From NCBI RefSeq assembly GCF_963921235.1, contig NC_086101.1, forward strand, positions 3,226,001-3,290,000: a stretch of 64,000 nucleotides of DNA, read 5' to 3'. The notes under the pieces are model-generated. The model saw nothing but the letters and a program-made list of their open reading frames with translations, did no database searches and had not been told where the DNA came from. Made by a program: the position numbers and the translations under genes. Position 1 is the stretch's first letter, and the number at the start of each line of letters is the position of its first letter. The stretch is from Mobula hypostoma. Taxonomy: Eukaryota. This document shows, one piece after another, positions 23,590 through 35,477 of this stretch.

Positions 23590-24690
23590 GTTCTGCTGCA
23601 CCTGGGTCTTCTGAACAAGATCAGAGCCCGTGGTATTACAGGAGAGATTGTAGCACGGATAAAGCGGTGGCTGATTAGCAGGAGGCAAAGAGTGGGAATA
23701 ACGGGAGCTTTTTCTGACTGGCTGCCGGTGATTAGTGGTGTTCCACAGGGATCTGTGTTGGGATGGATTCTTTTGACGTTGCATGGCAATGATTTGGATG
23801 GTGGGGTTGATGGCTTTGCAGATGATCTGAAGATGGGTGGAGGGGCAGGTAGTTTTGAGGAAGTAGAGAGGCTACAGAAGGAATTAGGTTAGGAGAATGG
23901 GCAAAGAAATGGTAGGTGGAATGCAGTGTTGGGAAATGTGTGGTCATACACTTTGGTGGAAGAAATGAAAGTGTTGACTATTTCCTAAATGGAGAGAAGG
24001 TAGAAAAAACAGGCAAAAGGGAGCTGGGAGTCCTTGTGCAGGATTTCCGAAGGGTTAATTTGCAGTTTGAGTCTGTGGTGAGGAACACGCATGGAATGTT
24101 AGCATTCATTTGGGAGGACCAGGATATAAAAGCAAGGATACAATGCTGAGCCTTTACAAGGCATTTTTCACGTCACACTTAGAGTATGGTGAGCAGATAT
24201 GGGCCCCTGATCGGGGAAAGGATGTGCTGACATCGGAGAGCGACCGGAGGAGCTGCATGGGAATAATCCTTGGAATGAAAGGGTTAATGGATCAGGGGCG
24301 TTTGATGGCTCTGATCCTGTACTCGCTCTAGTTTAGAAGAATTGGGGGGGGGGCGGGTATCGAAGGCCTAGATAGAGTAGATGTGGTGAGGATATTTCCC
24401 ATGGTAGTTGAGTCTTGGACCAGGGTGCACAACCTCATAACAGAGGGACATACATTTAGAACTAGGGTGAAGAGAAATTCCTTTAGCCAGATGAGGAGAA
24501 TTTGTGGAAACCAAGTCACTGGGTGTACTTAGAGCAGAGGTTGATAGGTAGCTGATTAGTAAGGACATGAACGGTTGTGGGGAGAAGGCAAGAGAATGGG
24601 TTTGGGAGGAATGGTAAATCAGCCTTGATGGAATGGGAGAGCAAAACTCGATGCGCCAAATATCCTGTTCCTGCTCCTACGTCCTCTAGT
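23590..24690 (+). mobile_element. CR1 RT 3' fragment, degraded
   Basis: [23 protein letters not shown]. Confidence 0.85.
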
Positions 24691-24734
24691 CATGTGAAGC
24701 TGAAATGTTGCTGAGCCTTCTTGGCTACAGTATG

Positions 24735-25290
24735 ATACAAGCACAAGTATACCCCGTTACAGAACACTTACACACTGACAGACGATTGTACAAACACGAG
24801 TATACCCCGTTACAGAAAGTTTACAGACTGACGGGCAATTATACAAACACAAGCATATTCCATGACTGAAAGCTTATAGACTTATGTGATTGTACAAACA
24901 CAAGGATAGCGTGTAACTAGAAGTTTACAGACTGACATGCAATTGTACACACAGCAGTAGTCCATGTGACAAAGTTTACAAACTGACAAGTGATTGTACA
25001 AAAATGTACACTCCTGTACAACCAGACAGGCGATTGTAAAGACACGTATTCTGCATGACCTAAGGCTTGTTTACAGACAATTATACAAACACCAGTATGA
25101 ACTGTGACAATGTTTACAGTCTGATAGGCGTTGTACAAACACGAGTATACACCATGACAGAAAGTTTACAGACAGACAGGCAATTGTGCAAACTCAAGTT
25201 TACCCTGTGACTGAAAGCGTACTGACTGACAGGTGATTGTACAAACTCCAGTATGCCCTGTGACAGAAAGTTTACACACTGACAGGCAAT
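24735..25290. repeat. Old degenerate tandem repeat, about 53-bp unit, about 10 copies
   Basis: Recurrent acaaacac.agtatacc..gtgacagaaagtttacagactgacaggcaattgt. Confidence 0.8.
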
Positions 25291-25687
25291 TTTTCAAATG
25301 TGAGCAAGTGTAAAAGAAGCTTAAATTGCAAAAAAAAACACAAGAAAGCCCCAGCTTTGGCCACATCTGGAGTGTTGCACACAGTTTTGGTTGCTTTATT
25401 ATAGGAAGAATGTTGAGGTTTTGCAGTGGGTGCGAAAGAGATTCACCAGGATGCTGCCTGGTTTAGAGAGCATGTGCTGTCACGATAGGCTCGTGGGCTA
25501 TTTTCACCGGAGTGGCGGATGCTGAGGGGAGATCTGATTGAGGTTAATTAGATTATGAGAAGCACAGACGGTATTCTTTTTCCTGGGGTAGTAATGTCTG
25601 ACACAAGAGGGCATGTGCTTAAGGTGGGAGGAGGATGTGAGAGGCCCCAGATTCCTGCCACCCACTCTGACAGCTCTCCACTTACAG

Positions 25688-26214
25688 TCACAGTCCGCCT
25701 GGACCCCGAGACTGCCAATGGAAACCTGGAGGTGTTTGAGGATGGGACAGCTGTCCGAGACGCGGGCGGCTGGCGCAATGTCACTGAGAATGACAGGAGG
25801 TTCGATCGGTACCCATTCCTGCTGGGCACGCAGGCCTTCGAGGCGGGTAAACACTACTGGGAGGTGTCGGTGGTCGAGTGCCCCAACTGGGACCTGGGGG
25901 TGGCCAGGAACTCGGTAGATCGCAAGGGCAGGGTCACCCTGCGCCCGGAGGAAGGCTACTGGTGCATCAGCCATTGCTGGGACAGGTATGAAGTGAAGGG
26001 CTTGGAAAACAAAGACTTGAACCTGGAGGACAAGGTCGCCATCATCGGCATCTTCCTGAACTACGACGAGGGTATCGTCTCCTTCCACGACGCTGTCCGG
26101 AAACAGAAGCTACACTCCTTCGCCGCCACGTTTGTCGAACCCATCTACCCCTTCTTCTGCCCCTGGAGATGCCCGGAGCCATTGCGAATCACCCCTGTCC
26201 AATTGGAGGAATGA
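25688..26214 (+). CDS. BTN-like terminal exon, B30.2 (PRY-SPRY) domain
   Basis: Acceptor ccacttacag at 25687; motifs VRLDPETAN, RFD, GKHYWEV, WDLGVA, GYW, IGIFLNYDEGIVSF, FVEPIYPFF; intact frame. Confidence 0.95.
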
Positions 26215-27469
26215 GTTCTCCCGACCCCATGGATAATCCGGGAGGCTTTTTGTTTCTCTGTGGATAACTGGGACCTGAGGGGACTCCTGTGTGTCTGGGG
26301 TGAGGGGATGTTTCAGTGTGACAGGGGTGACCGCCTGTTGTGAATTGTTCACCACCCCTGCCCTTGTTTTAGGCGGGTTTAACCCTGTGCTGTTTAGGAG
26401 AAGTAGCCAGCGGTGCTGAAAGCATTTGATGGGCTGACTGGCCTTTTCTTGAATGTAAATAGCTTTCTGGTTAGTAATTATGCCAGAATGCCTAATGAGG
26501 TTTGATGTCCACAATTGCCTCTGAAGGGTGTCTGTCTGCAATCCAGGTTTCTCTTTACCACCAGCCCCCCCATCTCAGGTCAGATCAACTTCATTTGCTT
26601 ATCAAATGGACGTTGAATTTGTACGAGTGGATATGAAATGGATGTTTCTTCCTGTGAGGGAGTCTGGGACCAGACGGCACAGCATCAGAATCGGGGGACA
26701 TCTGTTTAGAGCGAGGAGGGATTTCTCAATCCAGACGGTGGGGAATGTGTGGAATTCATCGCCACAGACGGCTGGGTGCACTTAAAGCTGAGTTTGGAGG
26801 GTTGGGTTGGGTTGAAAGGTTGTGGGGTTAAGAGGGATGAAATGGTGGAGCAGTCCAGTCTCGATGGGCCGAGTGGCCGAACTCTGCTCCTGTATCTCCT
26901 GGTTTTATGGAAATGCACCTTTTGTGTTAACAACCGGCACAACCATAGGCTGTGCCGGAGACGGCCCGCAAACGTTGCCACGCATTTCAGCGCCAACACC
27001 ACAGGACCACGATGCTTCGCACAACAACACAGAGGACGACAAAACAGCAGAACAAGGAACAAAACAAGACCTGCTCCTCCAGCCCCAGCGCGGGCCGCCC
27101 CCGGCCCCCGGCCCCTGGCACGGACCGTCTCCGACCTCCGGCCCCACTTGCACTGGCAGATTCTCAGCCAGTCTCATTGCATGTTTTCTAGGAAGTTGGC
27201 CTGCTGACCCGTGCCCTCCTGGCAGCTCGTCAGGGGATGTACAACAAACTGAAACCATTTGTACATTTTTTATATTTGCGATACCAGGCCACAAAGCATG
27301 TGCGAGGAAACGTTATGAGTCAGCTGCACCTTTCCTCATCCCTGTCTGGCCCATTGTTGGAACTTGAATGCACATGAAGTCATTCCATAAGGAACCCCCT
27401 TCGAGTATTGCTGTCTCCTGCCACTCCTCGATGGGACCATCTTGTTGCAGAGAAACAAGCCCAGGGCTC

Positions 27470-27814
27470 CCACTGATTCACCGATATTGGTGCATTCTAA
27501 TGATTTTATATGTTCATATGAGGAAAATATGCACTGTTTAATAGCCAAATGTGACTTAAAATGTTATGATGTTATTGACTTTATATAAATAATTTATCAC
27601 TATACTCACGTGAGGAAAATGTGCACTGTGTGCTTATATGACGTTTGTGAGAATAAACCCTTTTATAAATGAAATTGAGTGTATTAGCCACTTATAAGTG
27701 ACTTACAGTTGACTTATCACCTATATTCTGGTCATGATTAACACTCCCCCCCTCCGGTCAGAGAATATTGTCAATATTAAACCGGTCCGAGGTGCAGAAA
27801 AGGTGGGGACCCCT
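27470..27814. mobile_element. hAT-type MITE/remnant
   Basis: AT-rich body ending ccggtccgaggtgcagaaaaggtggggacccctg, a typical hAT-Charlie terminus; other end not found. Confidence 0.45.
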
Positions 27815-30800
27815 GTTTTATAATGTACTCTGTTTTAACTGGTTCAGTTTTTATAAGCAAGTCAATTTTATCACCAAAATACACATCACTACATAGTGAC
27901 AAAATACCCCATTGAAACAACATGAATTAGATGGCTTCTCATGTGAAACGTCATTTTATGGCACCAATTTAAATAATCTATAAATTACAGTAAGAAATAT
28001 ATACAAATTTAATTTTGTACATGTTAAAAATTAAAAATTATGCAGTATTAAATGTTATAAAGATAAATTAAATAGTGAGGTAGTGTTCATGGGCTCATTG
28101 TCCGTTCAGAGATCTGACGGTGGAGGGGAAGAAGCTGCTACTGGAACATTGAGTGTGTGTCTTCAGGCTCCTGTACCTCCTCCTGGATGGTAGTGAGGCA
28201 AGAGCATGCCCTGGGTGCCAGGTGCTGCCTTTTTGAGGTAGGGGATTTTGAAGGTGTACCACTGGACTATAGTTGCTTGTTGTGCCTTCTTTGTAGGTTG
28301 GGCCCACAATGGATCTTTAGAGACGCCACAGGAACCTAAAACTGCTCACTCTGACCCCCTCAATGAGGACTGGTGTGTGTTCCCTCGATTTTCCTCTTCC
28401 TGAAATCCACAATCCGCCCCTTGGTCTTTACTGACATCGCGTGCGAGGTTGTTGTTGCCACACCACTCAACCAGCTGGTCCATCTCACCGCTGTACGCCC
28501 CCCTGAAACTCTTCGCAATGTAGTCGCTAAATACACAAAATCATTATGAGAGCCACACCGTCACTTTACTGTACCGAATGGGATCTGAAGCAGGAGACTG
28601 CAAAGAAAAGTCAATTACCTAAACGTGCAGAGGGCAGGAGAGTGGACAGTCCTGTATTTACGTTTGAGAGCGTTTGGATTTTAGTGCAGGAGCGCCCTCG
28701 TGTGGCAGTGTCCACAAACGAAGTTATCGCCCAGGATAATATCGCCGTTGTAACTCGGAACTTTGTGTGATCAGAGCCGGCTCTGTTATTATTCCTCGCT
28801 TGGTGACGATCATTGGGCGGGAACAGCCAAACTCCATCTGCCTGAATAAACAAAATTCAGATGCAACACTTAGAATTCAGTACCGCGCTTGGACAGATAG
28901 GTAGAATGACAGGATGGATTACAGACAACGAGTTGAACCCTTATTCTATACTGTAATAGTGATACATGGACAGTTAATTGGGCTGAATTAACTACAAGCT
29001 TACTAAAGTGTTGAGTTGATTTCAAGGTGGTTTCCAGCTGTCTGTTGTGACTCTTTCCAAGTCTAGTTAGCTGATTGTATAGTCTTACCTACACCTTGAG
29101 AGGTGTTTTCTTTTCACTCCCTGTTTCTCTCTTCCATTCCCCATTCTGGTTACCCTCTCACCCCTTCTCCCCACCTGACCATCACCTCCCTCTGGTCCCC
29201 TCCTCCTTCCCTTTCTCACATGGTTCACTCTCCTCTCCTGTCAGATTCCTTCCTTCCTTCTCCAGCTGGTTACCTCTTCCACTTACCCCCTCCCAGCTTC
29301 TTAATTCACCCCCCCCACTTTCCCCCTCACATATCACCTGTCAGCTTGTACTTCTCTCTCCCCCCCCCCCCAACTTCTCTTTCTGGCTTCTGCCCCATTC
29401 CTTTCCAGTCCTGATGAAGGGTCTCGGCCTGAAAGTTAAGCGCATCATTAAAAAAAGATTTAGCAAGTTAGGGGGCATCTAAGCAGGGAAACATAGACTG
29501 TTTATTCTCCTCCATAGATGTTGGCTGACCTGCTGAGTTCCTCCAGAATTTTGTACATGTTACTCAAGATTTCCAACATCTGCAGAACCTCTTGTGCTTA
29601 TGAACATTCAGGTGTGCCTGTGGCTGATATCTCCCCCCAGCTCCCTGCCTATTGTCTGCAGACCACAACTTCACCCTGATCTAATTTCATTACTTGCAAA
29701 TTCAGATTCCCTGAAGCACACAAGCCTCCAAACCATGACAATTCAATGAGATCACCCCTCATTCTACTAAATTTCAGTGAGTACAGAACCAGAGCCATCA
29801 AATGTTCCTCATATGATAACCCTTTCATTCCTGGAATCATCCTTGTGATCCTCCTCTGGACCCTCTCCAATGCCAGCACATCTTTTCTAAGATGAGGGGC
29901 CCATAACTGTTCACAATACTCAAGGTGAGGTCTCACCAGTGCCTTCTAAAGCCTCAGCATCACATCTCTGCTCTTGTATTCTAGACCTCTTGAAATGAAT
30001 GCTAACATGGCATTTGCCTTCCTCACCATCGACTCTACCTGCAAGTTAACCTTCAGGGTGTTCTGCACAAGGACTCCCAAGTCTCTCTGCATCCCAGATT
30101 TTCTCCCCATTTGGAAAATAGTCTGCACATTTATTTCTACCACCAAAGTGCATGACCATGCATTTCCCAACATAGTATTTCATTTGCCACTTTCTTACCT
30201 ATCCTCCTAATCTGTCTAAATCCTTCTTCTTCCTACCTGATTCCTCATCACTACCTGTCCCTCCACCAACCTTTGTATCATCTGCAAACTGGGCAACAAA
30301 GCCATCAATTTCATCATCTAAATCATTGATATACAGCATAAAAAGAAGTGAACCCAACACTGACTCCTGTGGAACACCACTAGTCACTGGCAGCCAACCA
30401 GAAAAGGATCCTTTTATTCTCACTCACTGCCTCCTACCAATCAGCCAGTAACTTTCCTGTAATGCCATGGGCTCTTAACTTGGTAAGCAGTCTCAATGTG
30501 TGACACCTTGCCAAAGGTCTTCTGATAGTCCAAGTATACAACATCCACTGCAACCCCTTTATCCTATGTGTAATCTCTTCAAGGAATTCCAACCAGTTCT
30601 TCAGCCAAGATTTTCCCTTAAGGAAACCATGCTGACTTTGTCTGATACTGTCCTGTATCATCAAGTACTCTATAACTTCATCCTTAACAATTGACCCCAA
30701 CATCTTCCCAACCACTGAGGTCAGGCTAACTGGTCTATAATTTCCTTTCTGCTGCCTTCCTCCTTTCTTAAAGAGTGAAGTGCTATTTGCAATTTTCCTG

Positions 30801-31966
30801 CCCTCTGGTACCATGCCCGAGTCCAATGATATTTGAAAGATCATTACCAATTCCTCCACAATCTTCACCACTACCTCTTCCAGAACCCTAGAGTGCAGTT
30901 CATCTGGACCAGGTGAGTTGCATACACTCATCTTTTTGAGCACCTACGCCCTTGTCATAGTAACTGCACCCACTTCACATCCCTCACACCCTTCAACATC
31001 TGGTACACTGTTAGTGTCTTCCACAGTGAAGACTGATGCAAAATACTCACTTACTTCATCTGCCATCTCCTTGTCCCCCGTTATTATTTCTCCAGTCTCA
31101 TTTTCTAGTGGTTCTAATATACCCTCATCTCTCTTTTTCACTTGAGAAAGCTTTTGATATTGTTTGCTAGCTTGCTTTCAAATTTCAACTTTTGCCTCTT
31201 AATGATTATTTTAGTTCCTCTCTGTAGGTTTTTTAAAAAAGCTTCCCAATCCTCTATCTTCCCACTAATTTTTGCTTTGTTGTATGCCCACTCTTTTGCT
31301 TTTACATTAACTTTGGCTTTTCTTGTTGGCCATGGTTGTACTATTTTGCCATTTGAGTATTTCTTTATCTTTGGAATACATCTATCCTGCACCTTCCTCA
31401 TTTTTCCCAGAAACTCAAGCCATTGCTTGTCTGCTGTTATCCCTGCCAGCATCTCCTTCCAATTCACTTTGACAAACTCCTCTCTCATACCACTGTAATT
31501 TCCCTTACTCCATTGAAATACTGCAACGTCAGATTTTACTTTCTCTCAATCAAATTTCAAGCAGAACTGAATCATATTGTGATCACTCAGTCCTTGGGGT
31601 TCCTTTACCTTAAATTCCCTATCGCCTCCGGTTCATTACATAACACCCAATCCAGTACAGCTGATCCCCTAACAGGCTCAATGACAAACTGCTCTAAAAA
31701 GCCAACCCACAGGCATTCAACAAACTCACTCACTTGCGATCCATTTCCAACCTGCTTCTCCCAATCGACCTGCATGTTGAAATCTCCCATGACTATCATA
31801 ACATTGCCCTTTTGACTTGCCTTTTTCATTTCATGTTGTAATCTGTGTTTCACATCCCAGCTACCGTCGGGAGGCCGGTATATAACTGCCATCAAGGTCC
31901 TTTTACTCTTGCAGTTTCTTAACAACCTACATCTTCTGATCCTATGTCACATCTTTCTACTGATTT

Positions 31967-32170
31967 GTAAACACAAAATAATCTGCAGATGCTGGGGTCA
32001 AAGCAACACTCACAACACGCTGGAGGAACTCAGCAGGTCAGGCAGCATCTGTGGAAAAGATCAGTCGACGTTTCGGGCTGGAACCCTTCGTCAGGACCCG
32101 AAACGTCGATCGATCATTTCCACGGATGCTGCCTGACCTGCTGAGTTCCTCCAGCGTGTTGTGAGTGTTG
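31967..32170. mobile_element. Fold-back Penelope-like terminal insertion with 14-bp target-site duplication
   Basis: ctttctactgattt at 31953-31966 and 32171-32184; inverted arms about 32000-32077 and 32097-32174. Confidence 0.85.
32062..32098 (-). ncRNA. Minimal type I hammerhead ribozyme motif (intact core)
   Basis: Minus strand reads GGTC-CTGACGA-AGGGTTCCAGCCC-GAAA-CG-TC-GACTG: CUGANGA and GAAA boxes, stem II, GUC cleavage triplet, short stem I. Confidence 0.7.
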
Positions 32171-33544
32171 CTTTCTACTGATTTAATGCCATTCTTTACC
32201 AGTAAAGCCAAATCACCCCCTTTGCCTGCTTTCCTAGTAACCTTGGACATTCAGCTCCCAACTACAACCATCCTTCAGCCACGATTCAGTGATGGCCACA
32301 ACATCATACCTGACAATCTGTAACAGTGCAACAAGATCATCCACTTTATTTCTTACCCTCCGTGCAGTGAGATATCACACTCTCAGTACTGTATTTGCTA
32401 CCCTTTTTGATTCTGCATCCCTAATGCACTGATACTCGCCCTGTTGGGTGCAATTTTGTCCTATCACCCACCTGCCCTTCCTGACAGTTAGACTGCACGC
32501 TATCTTCACTATTTTTATCATGTGTCCCATTCTGAGTCCCTTTATTCTAGTTCCCAGCCCCCGGCCAAATTAATTTAAACCCTCCTCAACAGCTCTAACA
32601 AACCTGCCCGGGGGAATATTGGTCCCCCTCGGGTTCAGGTGCAACCCGTCACTTCTGAACAGGTCATATTTCCCCAGAAGAGATCCCAATGATCCAAGAA
32701 CCTGAAGCCCTGCCCCCTGCGCCAGCTTCTCAGCCACGCAGTTATCTGCCAAATCATCCTGTTTCTGCCCTCACTGGTACGTGGCACAGGCAGCAACCCA
32801 GGAATTACTACCTGCGAAGTCCTGCTTCTCAGCTTTCTACCTCGCTCTCTAAATTCTCTCTTCAGGACCTCTTTGTTTTTCCTCCCTGTGTCGTTGGTAC
32901 CAATACCAATCTGTACCAAGACACCTGCCGGCTCTCCCTCCCCCTCCAAAATGCTTTGTACGCCGTTCGAAGGAGTCAAACCCTGTTCGGTGGTCAATGG
33001 CGTCTGCAGTGTTCCAGATAAACGGGAGGGGGGAGAGAGCAATTTGGAATAAATACAGAGATTTTAATTTTTTTTTAGAGATCTTCTTTCGCTGCTCTCT
33101 TAAATTAAAACAACTTTCCTCAAAAGATAATTGGCAGGTCCGCTTTTCTGAAGTACGCTCCTAAACCGTGGAATTTAGTAACTAAAACTATAAGTAATGC
33201 AGAATCAGCTGACACTTTCAGACACCAGCTCAAAACCTACTTATTTACCTTGCTTTTAATTATCATTTTATTTTCACACTTGTGTTTTTATCCGATCGTA
33301 AAGCATTTTGAAATGCGTCATCTGTATGAAAAGTGTTCCATACGTAAAGTTAGGGTCTCGATGAAGGGTCTCGGCCCGAAGCATTGACTCTAATTTTCTA
33401 CTTTTTTTCCCCATAGATGCTGCCTGGCCTGCTGAGTTCCCCCAGCATTGTGTGTGTGTGTGTGTGTGTTGTCTTGATATCGGGGTGAGATCCTTCATGA
33501 TGTGATTGGCTCTCTTCCCGCACCTCTCTGAATATATGATCAGA

Positions 33545-33935
33545 GATTAAGGGTGCTAGGGCTTTACTCTTTGGAGAGGAGGAGGGTGAGAGGAGACATG
33601 ATAGAGGTGTACAAGATAATAAGAGGAATAGATAGAGTGGATAGCCAGCGCCTCTTCCCTAGGGCACCACTGCTCAATACAAGAGGACATGGCTTTAAGA
33701 TAAGGGGTGGGAAGTTCAAGGGGGATATTAGAGGAAGGTTTTTTACTCAGAGACTGGTTGGTGCGTGGAATGCACTGCCTGAGTCAGTGGTGGAGGCAGA
33801 TACACTAGTGAAGTTTAAGAGACTACTAGACAGGTATATGGAGGAATTTAAGGTGGGGGCTTATATGGGAGGCAGGGTTTGAGGGTCGGCACAACATTGT
33901 GAGCCGAAGGGCCTGTACTGTGCTGTACTATTCTG
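33545..33935 (+). mobile_element. Young CR1 3' fragment
   Basis: ORF 33553..33882 (TRGHGFK, FFTQRLVGAWNALP). Confidence 0.88.
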
Positions 33936-34059
33936 TATACCATACGGGCCAAATGCCGGCAAAGGGAATTAGCAGAGCATGGAGTAGCTGGGCCGAAGGG
34001 CCGGTTTCCTTTCTTTGGCTTGTTTTACACGCCGACTCAAAAAAAATCCGCGTGGCAGT

Positions 34060-34860
34060 TTTAAAATTCCGTTTCTTGAATGGTAAAGAATCGCCCCGCT
34101 TCCCCCTTGCCTCTCCTCCAGATCTACTCCGCCATCGCCCACCGACAGGAGGGATCGCTTTGTTAAGACGATCCACCGCCGGGGGGGCTGGGACACCCAG
34201 CGGCCGGAGGAGGGGTGCAGAGGGAGCGCCCTGCCCGCGGCTGGGGGAGGGGTGGCGAGGAAGCGCGGCCCTGGCATGTGATGTGCAGGTGTGCGCTCCG
34301 CCTCCGCCGCTCCACAGCTATTAGTCACGGGTTCGTACTCGCCCTCCACCCCAGTCGATGTTTGAACAGTGTAGGGTGCACCTGGCTGCCGAGGGAGGGA
34401 CAGGGATCCCACATCAGTTCCTCCCGCCGACGACACCACACGCCCGGGCCGATTCGGCCGCCCGCCAACGGTAGATCACCTGCTCAGGTGAGAGTGCGGA
34501 AACTCGGTGACCGGGGACGGGAGGGTAGGTGCAATGATTCCTGACCGCGGGATTGCCGGGCAGTGGCCGGTCGCCTGGTGTTGGGTACCGGGTTCACTGG
34601 ACCCGGCAGCTGCGGACGGTCTCGGACCGGCGCCCGTCCACCGCCACCGTGGGGATGACGGGCGGGTGAATCCGGCAGCGGCGCCGCTTCCGCAACCCCC
34701 TTCCCGAGCGTTTAGGTGACGAATCGGGGCATATCCCCGGTGCGAGGATACTTTCCGCGAGTTCTCCGGGCCCCGGAACTCGAAGTCACTGCGCCCCGGT
34801 AGTGCGGAGCTCACCTGCCGCCACCCCTCCGTCTCACAGCCAGTGAGGTCACGGAGGGAA
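34060..34860 (+). promoter_or_regulatory. CpG island; putative promoter and non-coding first exon of the PDE4DIP-like gene (donor after 34487)
   Basis: Sharp local CpG/GC enrichment outside any transposon; CAG|gtgaga donor at 34487/34488. The next exon (52766) has an acceptor upstream of its ATG, so an upstream non-coding exon is expected. Confidence 0.65.
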
Positions 34861-35107
34861 TGAGGTGGTTTGAACAGACTGGCAACGTGTCTGACAGCTG
34901 GAATTTATCCCAACTGGATTTTAATCAGAGTAACAGGCAATTCGGCCCAACTCGTCCATGCTATCACCGTATTATTCCCATCTGCCTGCACGATGGTTGC
35001 CCACCATATCTGGGTGATCCCAACTGCTGGCCAGACACCTCTAAAATTCTGTTAGTCACCTTGCTGCACTTTCTCAGGAATACTTTCCAGTACAACACAG
35101 TTTATAA

Positions 35108-35297
35108 ACATAGAACATAGAACAGTACAGCACAGTACAGGCCCTTCAGCCCACAATGTTGTGACGACCCTCAAACCCTGCCTCCCATATAAGCCCCCAC
35201 CTTAGATTCCTCCATATACCTGTCTAGTAGTCTCTTAAACTTCACTAGTGTATCTGCCTCCACCACTGACTCAGGCAGTGCGTTCCACGCACCAACC
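35108..35297 (-). mobile_element. Young CR1 3' tail, near-identical to 33757-33935
   Basis: Reverse complement matches the 33.8-kb copy with few substitutions; (aacataga) tail. Confidence 0.85.
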
Positions 35298-35477
35298 ACC
35301 AAACACAAGAGATTTTGCAGCTGCTGGAAATCTGTCTGGGTTTCCTCCAACCTGATGGCATGAACATTGATTTCTCCGACTTCCAGTAATTTTTCCTCCT
35401 CCCACTTTCCTGTTCTTCATTTCCCCTCTGGCCTCTTCCCTTCTCCTCACCTTTCTACCATCTCCCCCAGTGTCCTT

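Larger units (their letters stand above)
3575..26214 (+). other. Butyrophilin-like gene, 3' portion (TM exon + 7 microexons + B30.2 exon); Ig exons upstream of the window
   Basis: Nine exons with canonical AG/GT and polypyrimidine tracts, all joined in phase 1, give one open frame (129+7x27+527 nt) ending at TGA 26212-26214. Confidence 0.9.
29740..32960 (-). mobile_element. Long CR1 (ORF1 esterase, endonuclease, RT) with many lesions
   Basis: ORFs 32570/32635 (GTND, DGLHLN esterase), 31605 (IYRPP, MGDFN), 30434, 30199 (FADDTK), 29649. Confidence 0.92.

Noticed and set aside
25555..25687. N-terminal extension of the B30.2 ORF as a stand-alone single-exon gene
   Set aside because: The extension is CR1-derived (SDTRGHVLK); a good acceptor at 25687 joins in phase to microexon 7.
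34808..34820. Strong minus-strand donor (CAG|gtgagc) in the CpG island, suggesting a divergent or antisense gene
   Set aside because: No matching minus-strand exon found in the window; unsupported without transcripts.
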